A stretch of 64,000 nucleotides of DNA. It comes from an uncultured Candidatus Saccharibacteria bacterium. GTDB taxonomy: Bacteria > Patescibacteriota > Saccharimonadia > Saccharimonadales > Saccharimonadaceae. The stretch lies in assembly GCA_938045445.1 (NCBI GenBank), contig CALIMM010000015.1:122648-186647 (forward strand). Reading direction: 5' to 3'. The stretch's first letter is position 1. Each line of letters starts with the position of its first letter. The notes under the pieces are model-generated. The model ran no database searches. It saw only the letters and a program-made list of their open reading frames with translations, and was not told where the DNA came from. The translations under genes were made by a program, and so were the position numbers. Positions 17,967 through 25,584 of the stretch are shown here, in pieces.

Positions 17967-19511
17967 ATGGCTAAGCAACAATCTACGGTGCAATTTCCAA
18001 AACATTTCCTCTGGGGCGCTGCCACGAGCGCGCATCAGGTCGAGGGTGGTATGCACAACCAGTGGTCGGAGTGGGAAAAAGCTCAGGCCAAGACCCTCGC
18101 TGCTCAGAGCCAATATCAATATGGCGACTTGCCCAACTGGCCGCACATAGCTAGTGCCGCCAAAGATCCAAACAATTATATCTCGGGCAAAGCTGCCAAC
18201 CACGCCGAGCTCTACGCCCAAGACTTCGCCCTGGCCAAGAAGATGGGCCTGACCTCGTGGCGCTTTAGTGTGGAGTGGTCGCGCATCGAGCCAGAAGAGG
18301 GCGCGTGGAATGCTGAGGCGATCAAATATTACAAGGCGTACTTGGCCGCGCTGGCCGATGCTGGGCTAGAGCCAGTTATAACACTGTTTCACTTCACACT
18401 GCCGGTGTGGTTTGCTGCCCGTGGGGGCTTTGCGAAGCGCGATAATGTGAAGTATTTCGTGCGCTTCGCTGATAAACTGATGGATGAGATTGGCGCCACG
18501 GTGCGCTATGTCATTACCATTAACGAACCCTGCGTCTACGTGACCGAGAGTTACTACAATGGCACTTGGCCACCCAACGTCCGCAGCAAGTGGCAAACCT
18601 ACCGCGTGCTGAGCAACCTTGCCTATGCACACAACCAAGTAGCCAAAGTCCTCCATGCCAAGAGCCGGCGCTTCAAGGTGGCGGTGGCCAAGAATTCGGC
18701 CTATACCTACCCGGGCGACGACGCCTGGCTCAGCCGAGCAACGGCGCGGGTGGTGCAGTTCTTCCAGGATGATTATTTCCTACGCAAGGTGGTGCGGCAG
18801 AGTGATTACATCGCCGTCAATTATTACTTTAGCAATCGCATCTATGGCTACCGCATCCACAACCCCGAGACCACGCCAAATGATCTCGGCTGGACAATGC
18901 AGCCCGACCATCTCGAGCTTGTGCTGGAGCGTCTCTGGGGCCGCTACAAGCTGCCGCTGCTCGTGACAGAGAACGGTGTGGCCGACGAGCGTGACCAGTT
19001 CCGCAAGCAATGGCTCACTCAGTCTATCCTTGCTATGCAGCGCGCCCTTGGCAGTGGGGTAGAGCTGCTGGGGTATATGCACTGGAGCTTCCTCGATAAC
19101 TTTGAGTGGGACAAAGGGTTTTGGCCGCGTTTTGGCCTCTTTGCGGTCGACTACAAGACGTATAAGCGGACACCACGCCCGAGTGCAGTGTGGTTTGCTC
19201 GCGTATTGCAACAGCAGAAGAAACAGGCAGAGCAGCCCATTGAGCCATTGCCGTCTGTACCAGCGCGCAAGAAGCCGAGTACTAAGCCAGCTACTGCACA
19301 GGCGCAAGCTACATCATCATCGCCGCGCTCTACTCGCTCTACGCCAGCAGTGCCACCCAAACCGACGCCGCCAACGCCACCCCAAACACCCCAAATGCCA
19401 CCATCTACACCAGGGCCAGCGGCACGCTCTAGCGGGGTGATTGCACCGCCGCGCCGACCAGCAGTCGCATCACGCAGTCGTTCACGTAGTCATAATAATC
19501 GGGAGGAATAA
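17967..19511 (+). CDS. GH1 beta-glucosidase with a ~100-aa Pro/Thr/Ser/Ala-rich C-terminal tail
   Basis: FLWGAATSAHQVEGG is the N-terminal GH1 signature. TINEP carries the acid/base Glu and VTENG the nucleophile Glu. The tail reads ...PPKPTPPTPPQTPQMPPSTPGPAARS.... TACAAT lies 7 nt upstream. Confidence 0.9.
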   Translation: MAKQQSTVQFPKHFLWGAATSAHQVEGGMHNQWSEWEKAQAKTLAAQSQYQYGDLPNWPHIASAAKDPNNYISGKAANHAELYAQDFALAKKMGLTSWRFSVEWSRIEPEEGAWNAEAIKYYKAYLAALADAGLEPVITLFHFTLPVWFAARGGFAKRDNVKYFVRFADKLMDEIGATVRYVITINEPCVYVTESYYNGTWPPNVRSKWQTYRVLSNLAYAHNQVAKVLHAKSRRFKVAVAKNSAYTYPGDDAWLSRATARVVQFFQDDYFLRKVVRQSDYIAVNYYFSNRIYGYRIHNPETTPNDLGWTMQPDHLELVLERLWGRYKLPLLVTENGVADERDQFRKQWLTQSILAMQRALGSGVELLGYMHWSFLDNFEWDKGFWPRFGLFAVDYKTYKRTPRPSAVWFARVLQQQKKQAEQPIEPLPSVPARKKPSTKPATAQAQATSSSPRSTRSTPAVPPKPTPPTPPQTPQMPPSTPGPAARSSGVIAPPRRPAVASRSRSRSHNNREE

Positions 19512-19514
19512 TAT

Positions 19515-20513
19515 ATGGCACAGAGCAATGGTGGAGCACGTGTCGTCGTCATCGGCGGCGGGACGGGGAGCTTTACGCTCCTGACAGGCCTGAGGCAGTA
19601 TGCCTCGCAGGTCACAGCGCTCGTCAATATGGCAGATGATGGCGGCTCGACGGGCCAACTGCGCGATGAGCTCGGCGTCTTGCCGCCTGGTGATGTGCGG
19701 CAGTGCCTGGTGGCGCTGAGCAATAGTCCCAAGGTGCGCGACCTCTTTAATTATCGCTTCGATGAAGGGAGTTTTAAGGGGCATGCCTTTGGTAATCTCT
19801 TCCTCACAGCCCTTGAGAAAATGACCGGCAGCTTTGCCGAGGCGGTGGCACTAGCCAGTCAGGTGCTTAATATCGATGGGTGCGTTGTGCCCGCAACACT
19901 CAGCAATGTGACGCTTTGCGCAGAAGGCGAGGATGGTCAGCCTATCAAGGGAGAGTATGTCATCTCGCAGCAGGCACTAGCGCGTCGGCCCAAGATTTGG
20001 CTCGAGCCAGAAGCCCAGGCTAACCCCGCCGCGGTGGAGGCAATTCGCACCGCCGATATGGTCGTCGTGGCTCCCGGCAACCTCTATGGCAGCTTGGCAC
20101 CTGTCTTGGTCATTCGCGAGATCCAAGAGGCACTTGCCGCCACCAAGGCGCGCTGTGTCTTTGTCTGCAACCTCGTCACCAAGCCCGGCCCAACAGACGG
20201 CTTTTCGGTGAGTGACTTCGCGAGTGAGATCGAGCGCCTAGCGGGTAGTCAGTTCCTCGACTATGTCGTCTTTAACAACACGCGCCCCAGCCCCGAGCTG
20301 ATGGATAAGTACGCCCACGATGGCGAGCTGATGGTCGAGTACGATATGGACGAGATGCACCGCCAGCACTACCGCTACCGCGCCGCACCAGTCCTCGCAC
20401 AAGACGTGTGGGATGGTGCCCAGGCTAGCGATCCATTGGCTAGCACGCGCAGCTTCATCCGGCACGACCCCGATGTTGTGGCGCGCCAGCTGATGCGGAT
20501 ATACTTTGCATAA
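19515..20513 (+). CDS. YvcK/CofD-family (UPF0052, gluconeogenesis-factor-like) protein
   Basis: VVVIGGGTGSFTLLTGLR...VNMADDGGSTGQLRDELGVLPPGDVRQCLVAL is the canonical family N-terminus. SD GGGAGGAA. Confidence 0.9.
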   Translation: MAQSNGGARVVVIGGGTGSFTLLTGLRQYASQVTALVNMADDGGSTGQLRDELGVLPPGDVRQCLVALSNSPKVRDLFNYRFDEGSFKGHAFGNLFLTALEKMTGSFAEAVALASQVLNIDGCVVPATLSNVTLCAEGEDGQPIKGEYVISQQALARRPKIWLEPEAQANPAAVEAIRTADMVVVAPGNLYGSLAPVLVIREIQEALAATKARCVFVCNLVTKPGPTDGFSVSDFASEIERLAGSQFLDYVVFNNTRPSPELMDKYAHDGELMVEYDMDEMHRQHYRYRAAPVLAQDVWDGAQASDPLASTRSFIRHDPDVVARQLMRIYFA

Positions 20514-20543
20514 ATATCAAGGACTGGCTATACTGTAATAATT

Positions 20544-21332
20544 ATGGAATACCCATCGAGCCATTACCATATCTACGTCGACCTCGATCGGACGATCATC
20601 AACACCACGCAGTGGTTGCGCGAGATAGCGGAGGCACTCGCCCAGCTCTACCCGGCGCAGGTGACCGCTCAGGAATTCTTGGCGGCGCAGCCTCGCTACA
20701 TGCTCCGGCCAAGGACCAATCCTACTGCGCCGACCTATGTCTTGGCAGCGCAGCTTGCGGCGCTTGGTCTCGATGCGGCATCTGTTATTGAGCAGCTCGA
20801 GCAGACGACGCTCGCCGATGGCCACCTCCAGTATCCCGGTGTGGCACAGATGCTGCGCACGCTCAGCCACTATGGTACGGTGCAGGTGCTAACCTACGGC
20901 GACCCCATCACCCCGCACTGCAAAGCCCGTCTGTGCCCAGCAGTGCGTGCGCTCGTGGCTCAGCAGGGTGGGCAGGTAATCATTACCACCTTGCAAGATA
21001 AAGCCCAGTGGCTGCGCCGTGCTGCCGCTGCAAACCCCGGCCAAACAATCTACCTGATCGACGATAAGCCCGTTGCCGTTGCCTTTGCGCCCGAGCCAGA
21101 CCCGCCCATCCGCTGCGTGCAGATCGACCACACTGGCCAGCTTACGCCGCGCTCTATCAATTGGCGCTCGGGAGACTGGCCCATTTGTCATACGTTAGCT
21201 CAAGCAACTAATATCATACAAGGAGACATCGAGTATGCACTGCACCAAAGCAATCATCCCCGTAGCAGGCTGGGGGACACGGCGCCTGCCCGTCACCAAG
21301 ACGATCGAAAAATGCATGCTGCCGCTGGGTAA
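20544..21332 (+). CDS. HAD-superfamily hydrolase-like protein
   Basis: Motif I is YVDLDRT and late motif IV is IYLIDDKP. TATACT lies 9 nt upstream. The 3' end overlaps galU by 98 nt. Confidence 0.6.
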   Translation: MEYPSSHYHIYVDLDRTIINTTQWLREIAEALAQLYPAQVTAQEFLAAQPRYMLRPRTNPTAPTYVLAAQLAALGLDAASVIEQLEQTTLADGHLQYPGVAQMLRTLSHYGTVQVLTYGDPITPHCKARLCPAVRALVAQQGGQVIITTLQDKAQWLRRAAAANPGQTIYLIDDKPVAVAFAPEPDPPIRCVQIDHTGQLTPRSINWRSGDWPICHTLAQATNIIQGDIEYALHQSNHPRSRLGDTAPARHQDDRKMHAAAG

Positions 21333-22056
21333 CCGCCCGGTGGTAGACTACGCCGTGCAAGACTGCATCGCGGCGGGCATCCGCGATATCTACTTTGTGG
21401 TGAGCGAGCAAAGCACGCAGATTCGCGACTTCTACCGCTCCAACGTCGATCTCAACAATTACCTACGCCGCAACGGCAAGGCAGATCTCTTGCCCCTCAT
21501 CGCTCCACCAAAGGTTAATCTACACTACATGGTGCAGTCCAGCTATGGCAAGTACGGCACAGCCATCCCGGTGAGCCTGGTGGTGCCGCAGCTCGACCCT
21601 GGTGAGCCAGTGGTCGTGCTGATGGGTGATGACTGCGTGTACAATGCTGACGGCACATCAGAGGTGGCGCGCCTCATTGAGGCAGCGGGGGAGGATCGCT
21701 CGGCTATCCTGGGCGTGCACATGCCGCCCGACCAGCTGAGCCACTATGGTGTGCTGGATGTTGCCGATGATGGCCGGCTGCGCGGCGTGGTAGAGAAGCC
21801 AGCGCCAGGTGAGGCACCAAGCGAAATGATCAATGTCAGCAAATACGTCCTCAGCCACGACCTCTTGCAGCGCATTGCTGCCCACGCTGACCGCGATGAC
21901 GTCGCGGGTGAATACTACATCACCGACCCCTTCAACGACTACCTCGCCGCTGGTGGCCACATGGCCGTCGTCCCCACCAAGGGTCACTACCTCGACACTG
22001 GCACGCTCGAGACCTGGGTGGCAGCCAATAACTGGCTCCTCAAGCATCAGGGGTAG
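21235..22056 (+). CDS. galU: UTP--glucose-1-phosphate uridylyltransferase-like nucleotidyltransferase
   Basis: AIIPVAGWGTRRLPVTK is the nucleotide-binding loop. KYGTAIP and EKP motifs are present. SD AAGGAG lies before the ATG. Confidence 0.85.
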   Translation: MHCTKAIIPVAGWGTRRLPVTKTIEKCMLPLGNRPVVDYAVQDCIAAGIRDIYFVVSEQSTQIRDFYRSNVDLNNYLRRNGKADLLPLIAPPKVNLHYMVQSSYGKYGTAIPVSLVVPQLDPGEPVVVLMGDDCVYNADGTSEVARLIEAAGEDRSAILGVHMPPDQLSHYGVLDVADDGRLRGVVEKPAPGEAPSEMINVSKYVLSHDLLQRIAAHADRDDVAGEYYITDPFNDYLAAGGHMAVVPTKGHYLDTGTLETWVAANNWLLKHQG

Positions 22057-22095
22057 GGGCTTAATACCAGCACTATTCTTAAAGGCGCACTTTCT

Positions 22096-22524
22096 ATGCC
22101 GCAACAGCCAATTCCAGCCCAGTCTCAACCACAGCCACCCCAGCAAGCACAGCCACGACAGCCCACAACATCACCCGCCTTGGCTCGTCAGTACGCATCC
22201 CTAGGTACGGTGCTTGGTGTAGGTGGTGTGTGCAGTGGCATTATTAGCATTCTCATGCTAATTGCGAGTACTACTTCAGATGAATCTACTAATATGAATC
22301 GTGCTGCTTTTTCTGCTGCCGTTGTTGCCAGTATTGCTGGTATTGTCCTTGGCATCAACTCTTACGATAAGCTACGCGAAGCAGGCGCATCGCGTGCGTG
22401 GGGTATAGCAAGTATTGTGTGCAGCGCTGTCGTGGTTGGGTGGATTGTGCTATGGCTTTTATTCCTTATTGCAATGATAGCCCTTTTTCTTGTTAAGTTC
22501 TTGATCGATTCTCTGCAGAAGTAG
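22096..22524 (+). CDS. Membrane protein with a P/Q-rich N-terminus
   Basis: MPQQPIPAQSQPQPPQQAQPRQP... is followed by three or four hydrophobic helices. Confidence 0.65.
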   Translation: MPQQPIPAQSQPQPPQQAQPRQPTTSPALARQYASLGTVLGVGGVCSGIISILMLIASTTSDESTNMNRAAFSAAVVASIAGIVLGINSYDKLREAGASRAWGIASIVCSAVVVGWIVLWLLFLIAMIALFLVKFLIDSLQK

Positions 22525-22690
22525 GTGGAGAGCTCGTAGCATGGCTATTTATATCGCTGGCGGCGAGAAACTCGCCTTGTTTTGCCGCCCGCTCTACTAA
22601 TCCCCCAGCCTCATTAGGGTTCTTTACGGTCCTGGTAAGGATGTAAACGCTTCCGTCGGTCATTGTAACCTCAACCTTGTAACGCGTCAT
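22493..22690 (-). CDS. Small hypothetical protein (65 aa)
   Basis: SD AGGAG precedes ATG 22690. MTRYKVEVTMTDGSVYILTRTVKNPNEAGGLVERAAKQGEF looks protein-like. Its 3' end overlaps the convergent gene by 32 nt. Confidence 0.4.
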   Translation of the reverse strand: MTRYKVEVTMTDGSVYILTRTVKNPNEAGGLVERAAKQGEFLAASDINSHATSSPPTSAENRSRT

Positions 22691-22921
22691 GATGATCTCC
22701 TAAGATCAGCAGAGGCCAAAGAGCTGCTTTTCGCTCTTTGAGGAGACCTCTGAGCTAAAAAGCTAATATATATATCAATATATGAGAGCGGCGTCAAGCT
22801 ATTTTGCCTGTAATGCCATAAAATCGGCGTACTTTCTATTTTTGTGCGTATAAGATAGTAAGGTACGCCTACCGTAGGTGCACCTAGAGTAGAGCAAAAC
22901 GCTCACCAATATCGCTTATTT

Positions 22922-22997
22922 TTATCCACATTGTGCAGAGTGGGGAAAACCACCGACCCCTGATACTGGTTGAGCTTTTCCACAGATTTGTGGATAA
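22922..22997. promoter_or_regulatory. Cluster of three DnaA boxes
   Basis: TTATCCACA (22922-22930) is a perfect match. TTTTCCACA (22976-22984) has one mismatch. TGTGGATAA (22989-22997) is a perfect match in inverted orientation. An AT-rich tract lies at about 22757-22785. Confidence 0.6.
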
Positions 22998-23020
22998 GCG
23001 CCGACGCGGCGGGGAATACC

Positions 23021-23086
23021 GTGGGTAAAAGGGGTTGCGTGTGGGTGAGAGTGGGTAGTATAGTGGGAGTAGTGGAAGAAAGTGGG
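23021..23086 (+). promoter_or_regulatory. MraZ-operator-like array of direct GTGGG repeats upstream of mraZ
   Basis: GTGGG occurs at 23021, 23041, 23051, 23063 and 23082, with GTGGA at 23072. The last five are spaced 9-12 nt apart. TAGTAT (23056-23061) is embedded as a possible -10. Confidence 0.6.
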
Positions 23087-23155
23087 TAACCACGAGAAAA
23101 ACAAACACCACTGCACAAAAACAAAATAATTCATCTGTAAGGATCACCACACCCC

Positions 23156-23518
23156 ATGGATTACTTCGAACGCAAGCTGGATGACAAGCGTCGGCTCACC
23201 ATACCGACGGAGCTTCGGGCAGAGTTCGCCAGTGGCGTGGTCCTGACGCGCGGCTTTGGCAGCTACCTCCACCTGTATGCGCAGGATGTGTGGGATAGCC
23301 AGGTAGAGCCAGCGTTGACGGGCAGCATCCTGGATGAACATGTCGCCGACCTCAACGTCAAGTTCCGGCGCGGCAAGACGGCTGCCACTCTGGACCAGAA
23401 GCAGGGCAGGGTAACGGTAGAGCAGCATCTGCTGGATTATGCTGGGATATCGCGCGAGGTTGTGGCGGTGCGCGCCGGCCAGTATTGGCGCCTCATGGCA
23501 CCGGAGCAGGCTGAGTAG
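23156..23518 (+). CDS. mraZ: Transcriptional regulator MraZ
   Basis: There are two SpoVT/AbrB-like halves, each with the DxxxR signature (LDDKRRLTIP and LDQKQGRVTV). It is the first gene of the dcw cluster. Confidence 0.9.
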   Translation: MDYFERKLDDKRRLTIPTELRAEFASGVVLTRGFGSYLHLYAQDVWDSQVEPALTGSILDEHVADLNVKFRRGKTAATLDQKQGRVTVEQHLLDYAGISREVVAVRAGQYWRLMAPEQAE

Positions 23519-23659
23519 CAAGGCTGTTTTTGTGACGCTCTTTAACAAGTACGTGTAACTGATATCCTCGAGATCAACCATCTGGTAGTGAGCCATGTGG
23601 GCACCCGACCCACGCAAAACCTTGTCGGGCGCACCTTCCTCACAAACACCTCCCAAAAA

Positions 23660-24000
23660 CTCCACCTCACATAATTGCTGCGGCAATTATACACATAAGT
23701 CTCTCAAACGATCTTTGGCGGGCTCTCTCGGCCTGGTACAAGCAAAGATCGTCAACAAAAACAAACACATTTTATGCGAAAACAAACAGGTTTCGCTACC
23801 AGGTGGGTGATCTCGAACCCGCATCGGACTATCTCGCAGTAGCCTGAGCGGGGCGTATCTTTATGGAAAAGCATAGCTATACCTATCGGTAGCATTGCCG
23901 TGCCACCCTCCTGCCGAGGGAGTGTGATAATCCGTTGCAATAACGGATTATCAGCCCAGCGCAAGAGGTCAACATCTGGGAGATGTTGACCCTTATAGTG
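23660..24000. other. Hairpin-dense non-coding spacer (candidate structured RNA or decayed insertion; strand unresolved)
   Basis: Stems lie at 23671-23690, 23710-23750, 23776-23796, 23803-23822 and 23904-23924. Two perfect 11-bp hairpins lie at 23926-23952 and 23967-23991. There is no credible ORF. Confidence 0.4.
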
Positions 24001-24143
24001 ATCCCGAGTGCAGGAGGTGGTGAGGCAAGGCGTGAGACGGCGTATAGCTAGCCAGCTTAGTATTGGTTTCTCTGTTGTTCTTTGGCTAAATAGGCCATGA
24101 CCAGTAGGGGAGGAAAGCAATATTATGCTACCATAAGAAACGT

Positions 24144-25034
24144 ATGAGTATCAAAGCACATCCACCACTTCATGTTCCGGTATTGCTGGAGGCAGTGTTG
24201 GCCCAGCTCCAGCCACGCCCAGGTGAGCGCTATCTCGACCTGACGGCGGGGTATGGCGGCCATGCCACAGCGATTCTCGAGCAGACCCAGACGTATACCA
24301 CGGCGTGTTTGGTCGATCGCGACCAGTATGCTTTGTCGCAGCTTGGTAGCTTGGTAGGGCAGGGCGCACGGCTTATGCATTGCGATTTTTTGCATGCCGC
24401 ACAGCAGTTGGTTCGCGAGGGTGAGCAGTTTGATTTATTGCTGCTGGATTTGGGGGTGTCGTCACCGCAGCTCGATCGAGCTGACCGAGGGTTTTCCTTT
24501 ACACACACTGGCCCGCTTGATATGCGGATGGATCAACGCCAGGCGATGACTGCCGAGCAGATTGTCAACCACATGGCAGAGGCAGAGCTTGCCCGACTGA
24601 TCGCCCGCTACGGCGAAGAACCGCCGGCGATAGCACGGCGCTATGCTACTGCTATTTGCGCGGCCCGGCCACTGTCGAGTACTGGAGAACTCGCGCGCGT
24701 CATCGAGCACGCTACCCGTGGCAAGCGGGGCAAGACCCATCCGGCCACGCGTACCTTTCAGGCAGTCCGCATTGCCGTCAATGACGAATTGACGCAGGTA
24801 GAGCAGACGCTCCAGCTGGTGCCAGCCTTGCTGCGCACTGGTGGACGGGTGGGAGTGATTAGCTTCCATAGCCTCGAGGATCGGCTCGTCAAGCGCTTCT
24901 TCGCGGAGCAGCGCCAGGCAGGCTACGAGGCCGAGCTGCGCATCCTCACCAAGAAGCCTATCGCGGGCAGCCATGACGATGCTTACAATCCGCGTGCCCG
25001 CAGCGCCAAGCTGCGAGCCGCCGCAAAAATATAA
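24144..25034 (+). CDS. rsmH: 16S rRNA (cytosine1402-N4)-methyltransferase RsmH
   Basis: HVPVLLEAVL...YLDLTAGYGGHA...LLLDLGVSSPQLD...RGFSF...DMRMD...SFHSLEDRLVK are canonical MraW/RsmH motifs. Confidence 0.92.
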   Translation: MSIKAHPPLHVPVLLEAVLAQLQPRPGERYLDLTAGYGGHATAILEQTQTYTTACLVDRDQYALSQLGSLVGQGARLMHCDFLHAAQQLVREGEQFDLLLLDLGVSSPQLDRADRGFSFTHTGPLDMRMDQRQAMTAEQIVNHMAEAELARLIARYGEEPPAIARRYATAICAARPLSSTGELARVIEHATRGKRGKTHPATRTFQAVRIAVNDELTQVEQTLQLVPALLRTGGRVGVISFHSLEDRLVKRFFAEQRQAGYEAELRILTKKPIAGSHDDAYNPRARSAKLRAAAKI

Positions 25035-25227
25035 AAAAACAAAAAAAGGAGTAGGGACATGCCAGTTCGTATCCCCGTACAAAATCAATCAATCACGACA
25101 ACCGTATTGGTCCGCCACGGCAAATAGCCCTTGGCCTAAGACCTCGCGCTGGGGCGGCGCGCTATCCGCCCCACTTAGACCTAGAAACGACCCCATACCA
25201 ACGCTAAACAACACAAACACCACCACA

Positions 25228-25581
25228 ATGACAACCTACACACGGACAATGCAATTTAATAGTCGACGCCAGAGCACCTGGAAGCGCAACCGCAACACCG
25301 TTGCTTTTGCTTCGGCTATCAAACTTGGGCCAATCACCCACACAGTGCTGATTGCCCTCCTTATCACCATCCTTGGCTTGATATATCTGGCGCAGGCAAC
25401 GCATACAGTCAGCTATGGCTACGAGGCCAGCAAGATCGACGACAAGATCTCTGCTCTCAGCGAGCAAAAGAAAGACCTGGAGGTCGATAATGCCCGCCTG
25501 ACTGCCCTTAAGGAAGTGCAGGGTAGTAGTGTGGCCAAAACAATGACAACACCAGCCAATACAGCGTACGCCAGCGAGTAG
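25228..25581 (+). CDS. ftsL: FtsL-like division protein
   Basis: It sits between rsmH and ftsI. It has a single TM helix (ITHTVLIALLITILGLIYLAQA) followed by a coiled-coil-like segment (KIDDKISALSEQKKDLEVDNARLTALKE). ATG 25228 is the first in-frame Met after rsmH, ATG 25249 is an alternative, and there is no obvious SD. Confidence 0.6.
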   Translation: MTTYTRTMQFNSRRQSTWKRNRNTVAFASAIKLGPITHTVLIALLITILGLIYLAQATHTVSYGYEASKIDDKISALSEQKKDLEVDNARLTALKEVQGSSVAKTMTTPANTAYASE

Positions 25582-25584
25582 CCC

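Noticed and set aside
22740-23000. Chromosomal origin (oriC), from the DnaA boxes plus an AT-rich tract
   Set aside because: There are only three boxes and no dnaA or dnaN nearby. The coding-strand pattern in the window (mostly plus before about 32.5 kb, mostly minus after) looks more like a convergence or terminus than an origin 10 kb away. I kept it as a regulatory DnaA-box cluster instead. GC skew on the whole replicon would decide.
23752-24120. 122-aa minus-strand ORF in the mraZ-rsmH spacer
   Set aside because: It has a TTG start, no SD, and a Cys/Arg/Leu/Thr-rich sequence that is not protein-like. It spans several perfect hairpins and is more consistent with non-coding structured DNA or RNA.
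23770-24136. tmRNA (ssrA) on the minus strand of the mraZ-rsmH spacer. I considered it because of a T-arm-like GCGGGTTCGAGATC and a short GCC-initiated reading frame ending in TAA.
   Set aside because: There is no 5' GGGG acceptor or GG.UUCGAC tRNA-like start. The candidate tag frame lies only about 20 nt from the would-be 5' end, leaving no room for the TLD and PK1. It encodes AKEQQRNQY, which is not a hydrophobic ALAA-type end. The T-stem has a C-A mismatch and an oversized loop on that strand.
23770-24136. RNase P RNA in the same spacer. I also checked GGAGGAAAGTTAGC at about 9106-9119.
   Set aside because: The universally conserved P4 strands are not present. GGGGAGGAAAG at 24107 is followed by CAAT rather than UCCGGGC, and it lies at the wrong end of the region. 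There is no ACAGAA.CCGGCUUA-like CR-V anywhere nearby.
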